Below are positions 39,001 through 52,100 of a stretch of 64,000 nt of DNA, piece by piece (position 1 is the first letter of the stretch; every line of letters starts with the position of its first letter). Under the pieces are notes generated by a model. That model saw nothing but the letters and a program-made list of their open reading frames with translations, was not told where the DNA came from and made no database searches. The DNA lies in the NCBI GenBank assembly GCA_964057225.1, contig OZ059895.1, positions 22,816,001-22,880,000 of the forward strand. Reading direction: 5' to 3'. Made by a program: the position numbers and the translations under genes. This stretch comes from Auanema rhodensis (taxonomy: Eukaryota > Animalia > Nematoda).

Positions 39001-40767
39001 TTTCACCCTGAAGAATCAATTTTTTCGTTGAATAACATTGTCCATCGTCTTTGCCTTGAAAAAAGGAATCTAAAAACATCTACTTTTTGCTAAATTATTT
39101 TGAAATTTTTCGAAAAAATTTTTGTCAAAATGTTTTTGGAAGCAATGTTGAGTGTACATGGAAACTCAACATACACTAATGCATCATTTTTCAAACGATC
39201 ATAACTAATTTTTGTATTAAGCGTTTCTCCATGTAGTATAGTGCATTCGATGCGGATTTTTAAGCTGCGTCGATCTGTGTTATCAGATTTGCGCTAGCTT
39301 AAAAATGCACCGAGATATCAACTGATATAAGTTCACACTTATATCCTCGATTTTCACCCTGAAGAATTAATTTTTTCGTTGAATAACATTGTCCATCGTC
39401 TTTGCCTTGAAAAAAGGAATCTAAAAACATCTACTTTTTGCTAAATTATTTTGAAATTTTTCGAAAAAATTTTTGTCAAAATGTTTTTGGAAGCAATGTT
39501 GAGTGTACATGGAAACTCAACATACACTAATGCATCATTTTTCAAACGATCATAACTAATTTTTGTATTAAGCGTTTCTCAATGTAGTATAGTGCATTCG
39601 ATGCAGATTTTTAAGCTGCGTCGATCTGTGTTATCAGATTTGCGCTAGCTTAAAAATGCACCGAGATATCAACTGATATAAGTTCACACTTATATCCTCG
39701 ATTTTCACCCTGAAGAATTAATTTTTTCGTTGAATAACATTGTCCATCGTCTTTGCCTTGAAAAAAGGAATCTAAAAACATCTACTTTTTGCTAAATTAT
39801 TTTGAAATTTTTCGAAAAAATTTTTGTCAAAATGTTTTTGGAAGCAATGTTGAGTGTACATGGAAACTCAACATACACTAATGCATCATTTTTCAAACGA
39901 TCATAACTAATTTTTGTATTAAGCGTTTCTCCATGTAGTATAGTGCATTCGATGCGGATTTTTAAGCTGCGTCGATCTGTGTTATCAGATTTGCGCTAGC
40001 TTAAAAATGCACCGAGATATCAACTGATATAAGTTCACACTTATATCCTCGATTTTCACCCTGAAGAATTAATTTTTTCGTTGAATAACAATGTCCATCG
40101 TCTTTGCCTTGAAAAAAGAAATCTAAAAACATCTACTTTTTGCTAAATTATTTTGAAATTTTTCGAAAAAATTTTTGTCAAAATGTTTTTGGAAGCAATG
40201 TTGAGTGTACATGGAAACTCAACATACACTAATGCATCATTTTTCAAACGATCATAACTAATTTTTATATTAAGCGTTTCTCAATGTAGTATAGTGCATT
40301 CGATGCGGATTTTTAAGCTGCGTCGATCTGTGTTATCAGATTTGCGCTAGCTTAAAAATGCACCGAGATATCAACTGATATAAGTTCACACTTAGATCCT
40401 CGATTTTCACCCTGAAGAATTAATTTTTTTGTTGAATAACAATGTCCATCGTCTTTGCCTTGAAAAAACAAATCTAAAAACAACTACTTTTCGCTAAATT
40501 ATTTTGAAATTTTTCGAAAAAATTTTTGTCAAAATGTTTTTGGAAGCAATGTTGAGTGTACATGGAAACTCAACATACACTAATGCATCATTTTTCAAAC
40601 GATCATAACTAATTTTTGTATTAAGCGTTTCTCAATGTAGTATAGTGCATTCGATGCGGATTTTTAAGCTGCGTCGATCTGTTTTATCAGATTTGCGCTA
40701 GCTTAAAAATGCACCGAGATATCAACTGATATAAGTTCCCACTTATATCCTCGATTTTCACCCTGAA

Positions 40768-40781
40768 GAATTATTTTTGTC
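40768..40781. repeat. 100-bp deletion junction 7
   Basis: Same junction; 10781 bp (31x351-100) from junction 6. Confidence 0.95.
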
Positions 40782-42773
40782 AAAATGTTTTTGGAAGCAA
40801 TGTTGAGTGTACATGGAAACTCAACATACACTAATGCATCATTTTTCAAACGATCATAACTAATTTTTGTATTAAGCGTTTCTCCATGTACTATAGTGCA
40901 TTCGATGCGGATTTTTAAGCTGCGTCGATCTGTGTTATCAGATTTGCGCTAGCTTAAAAATGCACCGAGATATCAACTGATATAAGTTCACACTTATATC
41001 CTCGATTTTCACCCTGAAGAATTAATTTTTTCGTTGAATAACATTGTCCATCGTCTTTGCCTTGAAAAAAGGAATCTAAAAACATCTACTTTTTGCTAAA
41101 TTATTTTGAAATTTTTCGAAAAAATTTTTGTCAAAATGTTTTTGGAAGCAATGTTGAGTGTACATGGAAACTCAACATACACTAATGCATCATTTTTCAA
41201 ACGATCATAACTAATTTTTGTATTAAGCGTTTCTCAATGTAGTATAGTGCATTCGATGCGGATTTTTAAGCTGCGTCGATCTGTGTTATCAGATTTGCGC
41301 TAGCTTAAAAATGCACCGAGATATCAACTGATATATGTTCACACTTATATCCTCGATTTTCACCCTGAAGAATTAATTTTTTCGTTGAATAACAATGTCC
41401 ATCGTCTTTGCCTTGAAAAAAGGAATCTAAAAACATCTACTTTTTGCTAAATTATTTTGAAATTTTTCGAAAAAATTTTTGTCAAAATGTTTTTGGAAGC
41501 AATGTTGAGTGTACATGGAAACTCAACATACACTAATGCATCATTTTTCAAACGATCATAACTAATTTTTGTATTAAGCGTTTCTCAATGTAGTATAGTG
41601 CATTCGATGCAGATTTTTAAGCTGCGTCGATCTGTGTTATCAGATTTGCGCTAGCTTAAAAATGCACCGAGATATCAACTGATATAAGTTCACACTTATA
41701 TCCTCGATTTTCACCCTGAAGAATTAATTTTTTCGTTGAATAACATTGTCCATCGTCTTTGCCTTGAAAAAAGGAATCTAAAAACATCTACTTTTTGCTA
41801 AATTATTTTGAAATTTTTCGAAAAAATTTTTGTCAAAATGTTTTTGGAAGCAATGTTGAGTGTACATGGAAACTCAACATACACTAATGCATCATTTTTC
41901 AAACGATCATAACTAATTTTTGTATTAAGCGTTTCTCCATGTAGTATAGTGCATTCGATGCGGATTTTTAAGCTGCGTCGATCTGTGTTATCAGATTTGC
42001 GCTAGCTTAAAAATGCACCGAGATATCAACTGATATAAGTTCACACTTATATCCTCGATTTTCACCCTGAAGAATTAATTTTTTCGTTGAATAACAATGT
42101 CCATCGTCTTTGCCTTGAAAAAAGAAATCTAAAAACATCTACTTTTTGCTAAATTATTTTGAAATTTTTCGAAAAAATTTTTGTCAAAATGTTTTTGGAA
42201 GCAATGTTGAGTGTACATGGAAACTCAACATACACTAATGCATCATTTTTCAAACGATCATAACTAATTTTTATATTAAGCGTTTCTCAATGTAGTATAG
42301 TGCATTCGATGCGGATTTTTAAGCTGCGTCGATCTGTGTTATCAGATTTGCGCTAGCTTAAAAATGCACCGAGATATCAACTGATATAAGTTCACACTTA
42401 GATCCTCGATTTTCACCCTGAAGAATTAATTTTTTTGTTGAATAACAATGTCCATCGTCTTTGCCTTGAAAAAACAAATCTAAAAACAACTACTTTTCGC
42501 TAAATTATTTTGAAATTTTTCGAAAAAATTTTTGTCAAAATGTTTTTGGAAGCAATGTTGAGTGTACATGGAAACTCAACATACACTAATGCATCATTTT
42601 TCAAACGATCATAACTAATTTTTGTATTAAGCGTTTCTCAATGTAGTATAGTGCATTCGATGCGGATTTTTAAGCTGCGTCGATCTGTTTTATCAGATTT
42701 GCGCTAGCTTAAAAATGCACCGAGATATCAACTGATATAAGTTCCCACTTATATCCTCGATTTTCACCCTGAA

Positions 42774-42787
42774 GAATTATTTTTGTC
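42774..42787. repeat. 100-bp deletion junction 8
   Basis: Same junction; 2006 bp (6x351-100) from junction 7. Confidence 0.95.
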
Positions 42788-45700
42788 AAAATGTTTTTGG
42801 AAGCAATGTTGAGTGTACATGGAAACTCAACATACACTAATGCATCATTTTTCAAACGATCATAACTAATTTTTGTATTAAGCGTTTCTCCATGTACTAT
42901 AGTGCATTCGATGCGGATTTTTAAGCTGCGTCGATCTGTGTTATCAGATTTGCGCTAGCTTAAAAATGCACCGAGATATCAACTGATATAAGTTCACACT
43001 TATATCCTCGATTTTCACCCTGAAGAATTAATTTTTTCGTTGAATAACATTGTCCATCGTCTTTGCCTTGAAAAAAGGAATCTAAAAACATCTACTTTTT
43101 GCTAAATTATTTTGAAATTTTTCGAAAAAATTTTTGTCAAAATGTTTTTGGAAGCAATGTTGAGTGTACATGGAAACTCAACATACACTAATGCATCATT
43201 TTTCAAACGATCATAACTAATTTTTGTATTAAGCGTTTCTCAATGTAGTATAGTGCATTCGATGCGGATTTTTAAGCTGCGTCGATCTGTGTTATCAGAT
43301 TTGCGCTAGCTTAAAAATGCACCGAGATATCAACTGATATATGTTCACACTTATATCCTCGATTTTCACCCTGAAGAATTAATTTTTTCGTTGAATAACA
43401 ATGTCCATCGTCTTTGCCTTGAAAAAAGGAATCTAAAAACATCTACTTTTTGCTAAATTATTTTGAAATTTTTCGAAAAAATTTTTGTCAAAATGTTTTT
43501 GGAAGCAATGTTGAGTGTACATGGAAACTCAACATACACTAATGCATCATTTTTCAAACGATCATAACTAATTTTTGTATTAAGCGTTTCTCCATGTAGT
43601 ATAGTGCATTCGATGCGGATTTTTAAGCTGCGTCGATCTGTGTTATCAGATTTGCGCTAGCTTAAAAATGCACCGAGATATCAACTGATATAAGTTCACA
43701 CTTATATCCTCGATTTTCACCCTGAAGAATTAATTTTTTCGTTGAATAACATTGTCCATCGTCTTTGCCTTGAAAAAAGAAATCTAAAAACATCTACTTT
43801 TTGCTAAATTATTTTGAAATTTTTCGAAAAAATTTTTGTCAAAATGTTTTTGGAAGCAATGTTGAGTGTACATGGAAACTCAACATACACTAATGCATCA
43901 TTTTTCAAACGATCATAACTAATTTTTGTATTAAGCGTTTCTCCATGTAGTATAGTGCATTCGATGCGGATTTTTAAGCTGCGTCGATCTGTGTTATCAG
44001 ATTTGCGCTAGCTTAAAAATGCACCGAGATATCAACTGATATAAGTTCACACTTATATCCTCGATTTTCACCCTGAAGAATTAATTTTTTCGTTGAATAA
44101 CATTGTCCATCGTCTTTGCCTTGAAAAAAGGAATCTAAAAACATCTACTTTTTGCTAAATTATTTTGAAATTTTTCGAAAAAATTTTTGTCAAAATGTTT
44201 TTGGAAGCAATGTTGAGTGTACATGGAAACTCAACATACACTAAGGCATCATTTTTCAAACGATCATAACTAATTTTTGTATTAAGCGTTTCTCAATGTA
44301 GTATAGTGCATTCGATGCAGATTTTTAAGCTGCGTCGATCTGTGTTATCAGATTTGCGCTAGCTTAAAAATGCACCGAGATATCAACTGATATAAGTTCA
44401 CACTTATATCCTCGATTTTCACCCTGAAGAATCAATTTTTTCGTTGAATAACATTGTCCATCGTCTTTGCCTTGAAAAAAGGAATCTAAAAACATCTACT
44501 TTTTGCTAAATTATTTTGAAATTTTTCGAAAAAATTTTTGTCAAAATGTTTTTGGAAGCAATGTTGAGTGTACATGGAAACTCAACATACACTAATGCAT
44601 CATTTTTCAAACGATCATAACTAATTTTTGTATTAAGCGTTTCTCCATGTAGTATAGTGCATTCGATGCGGATTTTTAAGCTGCGTCGATCTGTGTTATC
44701 AGATTTGCGCTAGCTTAAAAATGCACCGAGATATCAACTGATATAAGTTCACACTTATATCCTCGATTTTCACCCTGAAGAATTAATTTTTTCGTTGAAT
44801 AACATTGTCCATCGTCTTTGCCTTGAAAAAAGGAATCTAAAAACATCTACTTTTTGCTAAATTATTTTGAAATTTTTCGAAAAAATTTTTGTCAAAATGT
44901 TTTTGGAAGCAATGTTGAGTGTACATGGAAACTCAACATACACTAATGCATCATTTTTCAAACGATCATAACTAATTTTTGTATTAAGCGTTTCTCAATG
45001 TAGTATAGTGCATTCGATGCAGATTTTTAAGCTGCGTCGATCTGTGTTATCAGATTTGCGCTAGCTTAAAAATGCACCGAGATATCAACTGATATAAGTT
45101 CACACTTATATCCTCGATTTTCACCCTGAAGAATTAATTTTTTCGTTGAATAACATTGTCCATCGTCTTTGCCTTGAAAAAAGGAATCTAAAAACATCTA
45201 CTTTTTGCTAAATTATTTTGAAATTTTTCGAAAAAATTTTTGTCAAAATGTTTTTGGAAGCAATGTTGAGTGTACATGGAAACTCAACATACACTAATGC
45301 ATCATTTTTCAAACGATCATAACTAATTTTTGTATTAAGCGTTTCTCCATGTAGTATAGTGCATTCGATGCGGATTTTTAAGCTGCGTCGATCTGTGTTA
45401 TCAGATTTGCGCTAGCTTAAAAATGCACCGAGATATCAACTGATATAAGTTCACACTTATATCCTCGATTTTCACCCTGAAGAATTAATTTTTTCGTTGA
45501 ATAACAATGTCCATCGTCTTTGCCTTGAAAAAAGAAATCTAAAAACATCTACTTTTTGCTAAATTATTTTGAAATTTTTCGAAAAAATTTTTGTCAAAAT
45601 GTTTTTGGAAGCAATGTTGAGTGTACATGGAAACTCAACATACACTAATGCATCATTTTTCAAACGATCATAACTAATTTTTATATTAAGCGTTTCTCAA

Positions 45701-46183
45701 TGTAGTATAGTGCATTCGATGCGGATTTTTAAGCTGCGTCGATCTGTGTTATCAGATTTGCGCTAGCTTAAAAATGCACCGAGATATCAACTGATATAAG
45801 TTCACACTTAGATCCTCGATTTTCACCCTGAAGAATTAATTTTTTTGTTGAATAACAATGTCCATCGTCTTTGCCTTGAAAAAACAAATCTAAAAACAAC
45901 TACTTTTCGCTAAATTATTTTGAAATTTTTCGAAAAAATTTTTGTCAAAATGTTTTTGGAAGCAATGTTGAGTGTACATGGAAACTCAACATACACTAAT
46001 GCATCATTTTTCAAACGATCATAACTAATTTTTGTATTAAGCGTTTCTCAATGTAGTATAGTGCATTCGATGCGGATTTTTAAGCTGCGTCGATCTGTTT
46101 TATCAGATTTGCGCTAGCTTAAAAATGCACCGAGATATCAACTGATATAAGTTCCCACTTATATCCTCGATTTTCACCCTGAA

Positions 46184-46197
46184 GAATTATTTTTGTC
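46184..46197. repeat. 100-bp deletion junction 9 (last in window)
   Basis: Same junction; 3410 bp (10x351-100) from junction 8. The register then stays exact to the monomer start at 63685. Confidence 0.95.
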
Positions 46198-49100
46198 AAA
46201 ATGTTTTTGGAAGCAATGTTGAGTGTACATGGAAACTCAACATACACTAATGCATCATTTTTCAAACGATCATAACTAATTTTTGTATTAAGCGTTTCTC
46301 CATGTACTATAGTGCATTCGATGCGGATTTTTAAGCTGCGTCGATCTGTGTTATCAGATTTGCGCTAGCTTAAAAATGCACCGAGATATCAACTGATATA
46401 AGTTCACACTTATATCCTCGATTTTCACCCTGAAGAATTAATTTTTTCGTTGAATAACATTGTCCATCGTCTTTGCCTTGAAAAAAGGAATCTAAAAACA
46501 TCTACTTTTTGCTAAATTATTTTGAAATTTTTCGAAAAAATTTTTGTCAAAATGTTTTTGGAAGCAATGTTGAGTGTACATGGAAACTCAACATACACTA
46601 ATGCATCATTTTTCAAACGATCATAACTAATTTTTGTATTAAGCGTTTCTCAATGTAGTATAGTGCATTCGATGCGGATTTTTAAGCTGCGTCGATCTGT
46701 GTTATCAGATTTGCGCTAGCTTAAAAATGCACCGAGATATCAACTGATATATGTTCACACTTATATCCTCGATTTTCACCCTGAAGAATTAATTTTTTCG
46801 TTGAATAACAATGTCCATCGTCTTTGCCTTGAAAAAAGGAATCTAAAAACATCTACTTTTTGCTAAATTATTTTGAAATTTTTCGAAAAAATTTTTGTCA
46901 AAATGTTTTTGGAAGCAATGTTGAGTGTACATGGAAACTCAACATACACTAATGCATCATTTTTCAAACGATCATAACTAATTTTTGTATTAAGCGTTTC
47001 TCCATGTAGTATAGTGCATTCGATGCGGATTTTTAAGCTGCGTCGATCTGTGTTATCAGATTTGCGCTAGCTTAAAAATGCACCGAGATATCAACTGATA
47101 TAAGTTCACACTTATATCCTCGATTTTCACCCTGAAGAATTAATTTTTTCGTTGAATAACATTGTCCATCGTCTTTGCCTTGAAAAAAGAAATCTAAAAA
47201 CATCTACTTTTTGCTAAATTATTTTGAAATTTTTCGAAAAAATTTTTGTCAAAATGTTTTTGGAAGCAATGTTGAGTGTACATGGAAACTCAACATACAC
47301 TAATGCATCATTTTTCAAACGATCATAACTAATTTTTGTATTAAGCGTTTCTCCATGTAGTATAGTGCATTCGATGCGGATTTTTAAGCTGCGTCGATCT
47401 GTGTTATCAGATTTGCGCTAGCTTAAAAATGCACCGAGATATCAACTGATATAAGTTCACACTTATATCCTCGATTTTCACCCTGAAGAATTAATTTTTT
47501 CGTTGAATAACATTGTCCATCGTCTTTGCCTTGAAAAAAGGAATCTAAAAACATCTACTTTTTGCTAAATTATTTTGAAATTTTTCGAAAAAATTTTTGT
47601 CAAAATGTTTTTGGAAGCAATGTTGAGTGTACATGGAAACTCAACATACACTAAGGCATCATTTTTCAAACGATCATAACTAATTTTTGTATTAAGCGTT
47701 TCTCAATGTAGTATAGTGCATTCGATGCAGATTTTTAAGCTGCGTCGATCTGTGTTATCAGATTTGCGCTAGCTTAAAAATGCACCGAGATATCAACTGA
47801 TATAAGTTCACACTTATATCCTCGATTTTCACCCTGAAGAATCAATTTTTTCGTTGAATAACATTGTCCATCGTCTTTGCCTTGAAAAAAGGAATCTAAA
47901 AACATCTACTTTTTGCTAAATTATTTTGAAATTTTTCGAAAAAATTTTTGTCAAAATGTTTTTGGAAGCAATGTTGAGTGTACATGGAAACTCAACATAC
48001 ACTAATGCATCATTTTTCAAACGATCATAACTAATTTTTGTATTAAGCGTTTCTCCATGTAGTATAGTGCATTCGATGCGGATTTTTAAGCTGCGTCGAT
48101 CTGTGTTATCAGATTTGCGCTAGCTTAAAAATGCACCGAGATATCAACTGATATAAGTTCACACTTATATCCTCGATTTTCACCCTGAAGAATTAATTTT
48201 TTCGTTGAATAACATTGTCCATCGTCTTTGCCTTGAAAAAAGGAATCTAAAAACATCTACTTTTTGCTAAATTATTTTGAAATTTTTCGAAAAAATTTTT
48301 GTCAAAATGTTTTTGGAAGCAATGTTGAGTGTACATGGAAACTCAACATACACTAATGCATCATTTTTCAAACGATCATAACTAATTTTTGTATTAAGCG
48401 TTTCTCAATGTAGTATAGTGCATTCGATGCGGATTTTTAAGCTGCGTCGATCTGTGTTATCAGATTTGCGCTAGCTTAAAAATGCACCGAGATATCAACT
48501 GATATAAGTTCACACTTATATCCTCGATTTTCACCCTGAAGAATTAATTTTTTCGTTGAATAACATTGTCCATCGTCTTTGCCTTGAAAAAAGAAATCTA
48601 AAAACATCTACTTTTTGCTAAATTATTTTGAAATTTTTCGAAAAAATTTTTGTCAAAATGTTTTTGGAAGCAATGTTGAGTGTACATGGAAACTCAACAT
48701 ACACTAATGCATCATTTTTCAAACGATCATAACTAATTTTTGTATTAAGCGTTTCTCCATGTAGTATAGTGCATTCGATGCGGATTTTTAAGCTGCGTCG
48801 ATCTGTGTTATCAGATTTGCGCTAGCTTAAAAATGCACCGAGATATCAACTGATATAAGTTCACACTTATATCCTCGATTTTCACCCTGAAGAATTAATT
48901 TTTTCGTTGAATAACATTGTCCATCGTCTTTGCCTTGAAAAAAGGAATCTAAAAACATCTACTTTTTGCTAAATTATTTTGAAATTTTTCGAAAAAATTT
49001 TTGTCAAAATGTTTTTGGAAGCAATGTTGAGTGTACATGGAAACTCAACATACACTAAGGCATCATTTTTCAAACGATCATAACTAATTTTTGTATTAAG

Positions 49101-52100
49101 CGTTTCTCAATGTAGTATAGTGCATTCGATGCAGATTTTTAAGCTGCGTCGATCTGTGTTATCAGATTTGCGCTAGCTTAAAAATGCACCGAGATATCAA
49201 CTGATATAAGTTCACACTTATATCCTCGATTTTCACCCTGAAGAATTAATTTTTTCGTTGAATAACATTGTCCATCGTCTTTGCCTTGAAAAAAGAAATC
49301 TAAAAACATCTACTTTTTGCTAAATTATTTTGAAATTTTTCGAAAAAATTTTTGTCAAAATGTTTTTGGAAGCAATGTTGAGTGTACATGGAAACTCAAC
49401 ATACACTAATGCATCATTTTTCAAACGATCATAACTAATTTTTGTATTAAGCGTTTCTCCATGTAGTATAGTGCATTCGATGCGGATTTTTAAGCTGCGT
49501 CGATCTGTGTTATCAGATTTGCGCTAGCTTAAAAATGCACCGAGATATCAACTGATATAAGTTCACACTTATATCCTCGATTTTCACCCTGAAGAATTAA
49601 TTTTTTCGTTGAATAACATTGTCCATCGTCTTTGCCTTGAAAAAAGGAATCTAAAAACATCTACTTTTTGCTAAATTATTTTGAAATTTTTCGAAAAAAT
49701 TTTTGTCAAAATGTTTTTGGAAGCAATGTTGAGTGTACATGGAAACTCAACATACACTAAGGCATCATTTTTCAAACGATCATAACTAATTTTTGTATTA
49801 AGCGTTTCTCAATGTAGTATAGTGCATTCGATGCAGATTTTTAAGCTGCGTCGATCTGTGTTATCAGATTTGCGCTAGCTTAAAAATGCACCGAGATATC
49901 AACTGATATAAGTTCACACTTATATCCTCGATTTTCACCCTGAAGAATCAATTTTTTCGTTGAATAACATTGTCCATCGTCTTTGCCTTGAAAAAAGGAA
50001 TCTAAAAACATCTACTTTTTGCTAAATTATTTTGAAATTTTTCGAAAAAATTTTTGTCAAAATGTTTTTGGAAGCAATGTTGAGTGTACATGGAAACTCA
50101 ACATACACTAAGGCATCATTTTTCAAACGATCATAACTAATTTTTGTATTAAGCGTTTCTCAATGTAGTATAGTGCATTCGATGCAGATTTTTAAGCTGC
50201 GTCGATCTGTGTTATCAGATTTGCGCTAGCTTAAAAATGCACCGAGATATCAACTGATATAAGTTCACACTTATATCCTCGATTTTCACCCTGAAGAATT
50301 AATTTTTTCGTTGAATAACATTGTCCATCGTCTTTGCCTTGAAAAAAGAAATCTAAAAACATCTACTTTTTGCTAAATTATTTTGAAATTTTTCGAAAAA
50401 ATTTTTGTCAAAATGTTTTTGGAAGCAATGTTGAGTGTACATGGAAACTCAACATACACTAATGCATCATTTTTCAAACGATCATAACTAATTTTTGTAT
50501 TAAGCGTTTCTCCATGTAGTATAGTGCATTCGATGCGGATTTTTAAGCTGCGTCGATCTGTGTTATCAGATTTGCGCTAGCTTAAAAATGCACCGAGATA
50601 TCAACTGATATAAGTTCACACTTATATCCTCGATTTTCACCCTGAAGAATTAATTTTTTCGTTGAATAACATTGTCCATCGTCTTTGCCTTGAAAAAAGG
50701 AATCTAAAAACATCTACTTTTTGCTAAATTATTTTGAAATTTTTCGAAAAAATTTTTGTCAAAATGTTTTTGGAAGCAATGTTGAGTGTACATGGAAACT
50801 CAACATACACTAAGGCATCATTTTTCAAACGATCATAACTAATTTTTGTATTAAGCGTTTCTCAATGTAGTATAGTGCATTCGATGCAGATTTTTAAGCT
50901 GCGTCGATCTGTGTTATCAGATTTGCGCTAGCTTAAAAATGCACCGAGATATCAACTGATATAAGTTCACACTTATATCCTCGATTTTCACCCTGAAGAA
51001 TCAATTTTTTCGTTGAATAACATTGTCCATCGTCTTTGCCTTGAAAAAAGGAATCTAAAAACATCTACTTTTTGCTAAATTATTTTGAAATTTTTCGAAA
51101 AAATTTTTGTCAAAATGTTTTTGGAAGCAATGTTGAGTGTACATGGAAACTCAACATACACTAATGCATCATTTTTCAAACGATCATAACTAATTTTTGT
51201 ATTAAGCGTTTCTCCATGTAGTATAGTGCATTCGATGCGGATTTTTAAGCTGCGTCGATCTGTGTTATCAGATTTGCGCTAGCTTAAAAATGCACCGAGA
51301 TATCAACTGATATAAGTTCACACTTATATCCTCGATTTTCACCCTGAAGAATTAATTTTTTCGTTGAATAACATTGTCCATCGTCTTTGCCTTGAAAAAA
51401 GGAATCTAAAAACATCTACTTTTTGCTAAATTATTTTGAAATTTTTCGAAAAAATTTTTGTCAAAATGTTTTTGGAAGCAATGTTGAGTGTACATGGAAA
51501 CTCAACATACACTAATGCATCATTTTTCAAACGATCATAACTAATTTTTGTATTAAGCGTTTCTCAATGTAGTATAGTGCATTCGATGCGGATTTTTAAG
51601 CTGCGTCGATCTGTGTTATCAGATTTGCGCTAGCTTAAAAATGCACCGAGATATCAACTGATATAAGTTCACACTTATATCCTCGATTTTCACCCTGAAG
51701 AATTAATTTTTTCGTTGAATAACATTGTCCATCGTCTTTGCCTTGAAAAAAGAAATCTAAAAACATCTACTTTTTGCTAAATTATTCTGAAATTTTTCGA
51801 AAAAATTTTTGTCAAAATGTTTTTGGAAGCAATGTTGAGTGTACATGGAAACTCAACATACACTAATGCATCATTTTTCAAACGATCATAACTAATTTTT
51901 GTATTAAGCGTTTCTCCATGTAGTATAGTGCATTCGATGCGGATTTTTAAGCTGCGTCGATCTGTGTTATCAGATTTGCGCTAGCTTAAAAATGCACCGA
52001 GATATCAACTGATATAAGTTCACACTTATATCCTCGATTTTCACCCTGAAGAATTAATTTTTTCGTTGAATAACATTGTCCATCGTCTTTGCCTTGAAAA

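Larger units (their letters stand above)
21112..40116. repeat. Super-repeat copy 2 (about 19.0 kb; boundaries approximate)
   Basis: Marker pairs with copy 1: 6515/25169, 7309/25963, 8981/28337, 10636/29992, 13427/32432, 13788/32793, 14939/33944, 15393/34398, 17596/35899, 18649/36952. Confidence 0.75.

Noticed and set aside
10010-51787. Isolated singleton substitutions (e.g. 10010, 11331, 17482, 24861, 34081, 51787)
   Set aside because: Each was seen once and could be a recent point mutation or consensus error; no pattern.
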